Shown one piece after another: positions 17,279 through 19,979 of a DNA stretch of 19,979 bases. Numbering within the stretch: position 1 is the stretch's first letter; each line of letters begins with the position of its first letter. The stretch is taken from NCBI GenBank assembly GCA_036676985.1, contig JAKFBU010000052.1:1-19979 (forward strand), given 5' to 3'. A model generated the notes under the pieces. That model was given only the letters and a program-made list of their open reading frames with translations. It had not been told where the DNA came from and made no database searches. Position numbers and translations under genes: made by a program. Source of the DNA: Candidatus Sericytochromatia bacterium. GTDB taxonomy: Bacteria; Cyanobacteriota; Sericytochromatia; S15B-MN24; UBA4093.

Positions 17279-18262
17279 ATGCACGCGTTCCTGCACGAGG
17301 TAGCCCCCGACCTCTGCGCCCGCCACGGCATCCGCTGGATGCCGTGGCCGGAACGGCCCCACATGGTGCAGCTCACGTACCCGGACGGGGCCGTGCGGCA
17401 CGTGGTCAAGAACCGGCTGGATCTCAACCCGGCGGGGGCCGCCGAGCTGGCCCGGGTCAAGCCGTATTCCCTCTACTATCTCCATGAGGCGGGCCTCGCC
17501 GTGCCCGCCTTCGACTTCTTCTTCGCGTCCGAGTGGGCCGAGCGTCACGCCAACCCCCGGCACGAGGCGGCCGCCAAGGCCTATGCCGAGTCGCTCGGGT
17601 ATCCGCTCGTCCTCAAGCCCGCGACCCAGAGCTGGGGGCTGGGGGTACATCTGGTCACGGACACAGCGGATCTCGAGCGCCTGTTGCCCGAGGTGACCGA
17701 GATCGACCCCATGTTCATGCTGCAGCGCCGCGTCTCGGGCACCGAGTACCGGGTGGTGGTCTTCGACGGCGAGCTGGAGCTGATCTACGCCAAGACGGCC
17801 CCTGCGGTCGTCGGCGACGGTCACCGCTCGCTGAGGAGCCTCATCGCCGACCACTTCGCGGCCCGTGCGGCAGCGGGGGCGGAGCTTGCGATCGAGGACG
17901 AGGATCCACGCTTCGCGCACTTCCTGCGGGCGCAGGGCTGGGACATGGAGGCCGTGGTGCCCGCCGGCGAGCGCGTCCAGGTGGGCCTGCCCGCAGGCTT
18001 TCACTCGGGCGGCAGCCTCGCGGAGGCGCGGGAGTTTCCGGAGGCCGCCCGGCAGTTCTGTCGCGCCGCGGCCCGGGCCAGCGGCTTGCGCCTGGTGGGC
18101 CTCGACGTCTTCCTCACGGGGGATCCCGCGGAGCCGTTCTGGCTCATCGAGGTCAACGCCTTCCCCGGCCTCGATGGGTATGCTAGCATCGGCGACGCGC
18201 AGCGACGCAAGGCGGAGGACCTCGTCGAGCGCCTGATCCTGGCGATGGGCGCCGCGGACTGA
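17279..18262 (+). CDS. ATP-grasp ligase (CphA/GshF-type, stand-alone), copy 1
   Basis: LDLNPAGA, GYPLVLKPATQSWGLGV, EYRVVV, VVGDGHRS lid insert, GLDV and IEVNAFPGL. Confidence 0.88.
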   Translation: MHAFLHEVAPDLCARHGIRWMPWPERPHMVQLTYPDGAVRHVVKNRLDLNPAGAAELARVKPYSLYYLHEAGLAVPAFDFFFASEWAERHANPRHEAAAKAYAESLGYPLVLKPATQSWGLGVHLVTDTADLERLLPEVTEIDPMFMLQRRVSGTEYRVVVFDGELELIYAKTAPAVVGDGHRSLRSLIADHFAARAAAGAELAIEDEDPRFAHFLRAQGWDMEAVVPAGERVQVGLPAGFHSGGSLAEAREFPEAARQFCRAAARASGLRLVGLDVFLTGDPAEPFWLIEVNAFPGLDGYASIGDAQRRKAEDLVERLILAMGAAD

Positions 18263-18283
18263 GGATCGAAAGAGGAGCCCGGC

Positions 18284-19069
18284 ATGCTGCCGTTTCTGTT
18301 CGCCGTGATGGCGCCCCTGGCCGAGCGCGCCGGGATCCGCTTCGAGGTGGAGCCCGGCGTGGGGCACGCCGCCAGGCTCGTCTACCCGGACGGCACGATC
18401 CGCTTCGTCCGGAGCCGCATCCTCGACCTGAACCGGGCCACCTCCGCGTCGGTGGCCAAGAAGCGCTCGTACGTGCTCGGCTTCCTGCAAGAGCAGGGCA
18501 TTCCGGTTCCCGAGTTCCTGGCCATGCGCATCCCGGCTCGTCAGGGCGAGGAAGGGGTCGAAGGCCGCATCGCCGAGGCCCTGCGCTTTGCCGAGCAGAT
18601 CGGATACCCCCTCGCCGTTCGTTCCGTGCACCGCACCGAGACGGGCCCCCTGCTGGTCGGGAGCCCCGAAGAGCTGGAGGCCGTGGTCCGGCGCGAGGTG
18701 CCGGTGTCCCCGCGCTTCATGCTCCAGCGCGTGGTGGCGGGACACCCGCTGACGCTCGTGGTCCTCGACGACGAGGTGCTCCTCGCCTACCTGCACCGCC
18801 CGGAGCCCGTGCCCATCAAGGTGGCCGACGACGTCCAGGCCCTGGCCGTCGACGTCGTCCGGCGCTCGGGCCTTCGCTTCGCGGCGGTCGACCTGATGCT
18901 CGATCCCCCGGATCGGCCCGCGGACGCTCCGTGGTACGTCATGGACGTGGTGCCCGATCCCGACCTCGAGCCCTATGCCGCCCTCGGCGATCCCCATCGC
19001 CCGAAGGTCGAGGCCGTCGTCGAGAAGCTGCTGCTCGCCATGGGGCCCCGGCAGGGGGCGCGGTCATGA
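18284..19069 (+). CDS. Degenerate ATP-grasp paralog, copy 2 (probable pseudoenzyme)
   Basis: SD AGAGGAG. It is collinear with copy 1 (YPDG, LDLN, GYPL, FMLQR, GLR..VD, KVEAVVEKLLLAMG), but the catalytic motifs are altered and the lid is missing. Confidence 0.8.
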   Translation: MLPFLFAVMAPLAERAGIRFEVEPGVGHAARLVYPDGTIRFVRSRILDLNRATSASVAKKRSYVLGFLQEQGIPVPEFLAMRIPARQGEEGVEGRIAEALRFAEQIGYPLAVRSVHRTETGPLLVGSPEELEAVVRREVPVSPRFMLQRVVAGHPLTLVVLDDEVLLAYLHRPEPVPIKVADDVQALAVDVVRRSGLRFAAVDLMLDPPDRPADAPWYVMDVVPDPDLEPYAALGDPHRPKVEAVVEKLLLAMGPRQGARS

Positions 19070-19979
19070 GCTACCTGACCCGGACGGTTCGGTCGCTGTG
19101 CAAGCGGCACGGCATCGCCGTCCGGACGCTTCCTGGCGAGGACCTGCTGGAGCTGTGCTTTCCGGACGGCCGGGTGCGCCACGTCGAGCCGCAACGGCTG
19201 GACTTGAACGGCGACGCGGCGTCGGACCTCTCGCGGATCAAACCGTGGGGGCTGCACTTCCTGCGCGAAGCGGGCATCCGGGTGCCGGAATTCGACTACT
19301 TCTTCCGGAACGACCGGGCCCAGCGGCTGGGCTCGCAGCGGAACGAGGCGGCCGCCGTCCGCTACGCCGCCACCCTCGGCTTTCCGGTCGTGCTGAAGCC
19401 CGCGACCAAGAGCCGCGGGCAGGGGGTGGTGCTTGCGAACAGCGAGGAGGAGGTGCGGGCGCTGCTCCCGTCCGTGCTGGCCCTGGACCGCATGATCATG
19501 GTGCAGCGCTTCGTCGCGGGCGAAGAGACGCGGCTGGTCGTCCTCGACGATGAGGTGTGCCTCGCCATCCGGAAGGTCCCCTTCACCGTGACGGGGGACG
19601 GCCGTCGTTCCATCGACGACCTGATGATCGACCGGCTGGCCGAGGTGGCTTCAAAGGGTATCGAGGTGCCGCAGTCGGCCTCCGACCCGGCCTTCGATCG
19701 CATGCTCCGGAGGGCGGGGCGATCGCGCGGCGAGATCCTGCCGAGCGGCGAGAACCTGGTGGTCGGGCTCACGTCCGGATCCCGATGGGGCGGCGAGCAA
19801 CTCGACGTGATGGAGTCCTTGCCGGAGGCTCCCAAGCAGCTGGCCGTGGAGATCACGCGGCAAGCCGGTCTGCGGGTCTGCGGCCTCGACATGCTGTGCG
19901 AGGCGGGCAAGGACCCGGAGGATCCCGCCTCCTACGTCTTGATCGAGGTCAACTCCTCGCCGGGCTTGTGGACCACCGT
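19066..19979 (+). CDS. ATP-grasp ligase, copy 3 (3' end outside the window; not in the ORF track)
   Basis: ATGA overlap with copy 2. My translation: MSYLTRTVRSLCKRHGI...FPDG...LDLNGDAA...GFPVVLKPATKSRGQGV...QRFVAGEETRLVV...VTGDGRRS...GLDML...IEVNSSPGLWTT, open to the window end. Confidence 0.88.
   Translation, partial: MSYLTRTVRSLCKRHGIAVRTLPGEDLLELCFPDGRVRHVEPQRLDLNGDAASDLSRIKPWGLHFLREAGIRVPEFDYFFRNDRAQRLGSQRNEAAAVRYAATLGFPVVLKPATKSRGQGVVLANSEEEVRALLPSVLALDRMIMVQRFVAGEETRLVVLDDEVCLAIRKVPFTVTGDGRRSIDDLMIDRLAEVASKGIEVPQSASDPAFDRMLRRAGRSRGEILPSGENLVVGLTSGSRWGGEQLDVMESLPEAPKQLAVEITRQAGLRVCGLDMLCEAGKDPEDPASYVLIEVNSSPGLWTT

Noticed and set aside
17279-19979. Calling the ATP-grasp genes cphA, gshF, rimK or a graspetide cluster
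   Set aside because: Copies 1 and 2 are too short and lack the Mur-ligase or GshA domains. They carry a lid insert that RimK lacks. No short precursor peptide or cyanophycinase is visible in the window.

Overview
High-GC (roughly 70% by eye) bacterial chromosomal window, densely coding. I found no rRNA, tRNA, CRISPR array or transposase. The left part holds: the 5' end of a lipoprotein subtilisin (S8, missed by the ORF track), dctA, a soluble PAS histidine kinase, a ~15-repeat Sel1 protein with a pentapeptide-repeat protein, a secreted thioredoxin/ATP10-like protein, an RhtA-like EamA transporter, a lipoprotein, ung, a cupredoxin lipoprotein, an AAC(6')-Ib-like GNAT, a truncated DUF6157-like remnant and a DUF1801 protein. 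The right part (11939-19979, all + strand) is the most unusual. It has an AMIN-like/Pro-rich/beta-barrel protein, three uncharacterised lipoproteins (two clear paralogs) and a small membrane protein. These are followed after 11 bp by three tandem CphA/GshF-type ATP-grasp paralogs, of which the middle one has lost its catalytic motifs. All family calls come from motif recognition in the translations, not from database searches.
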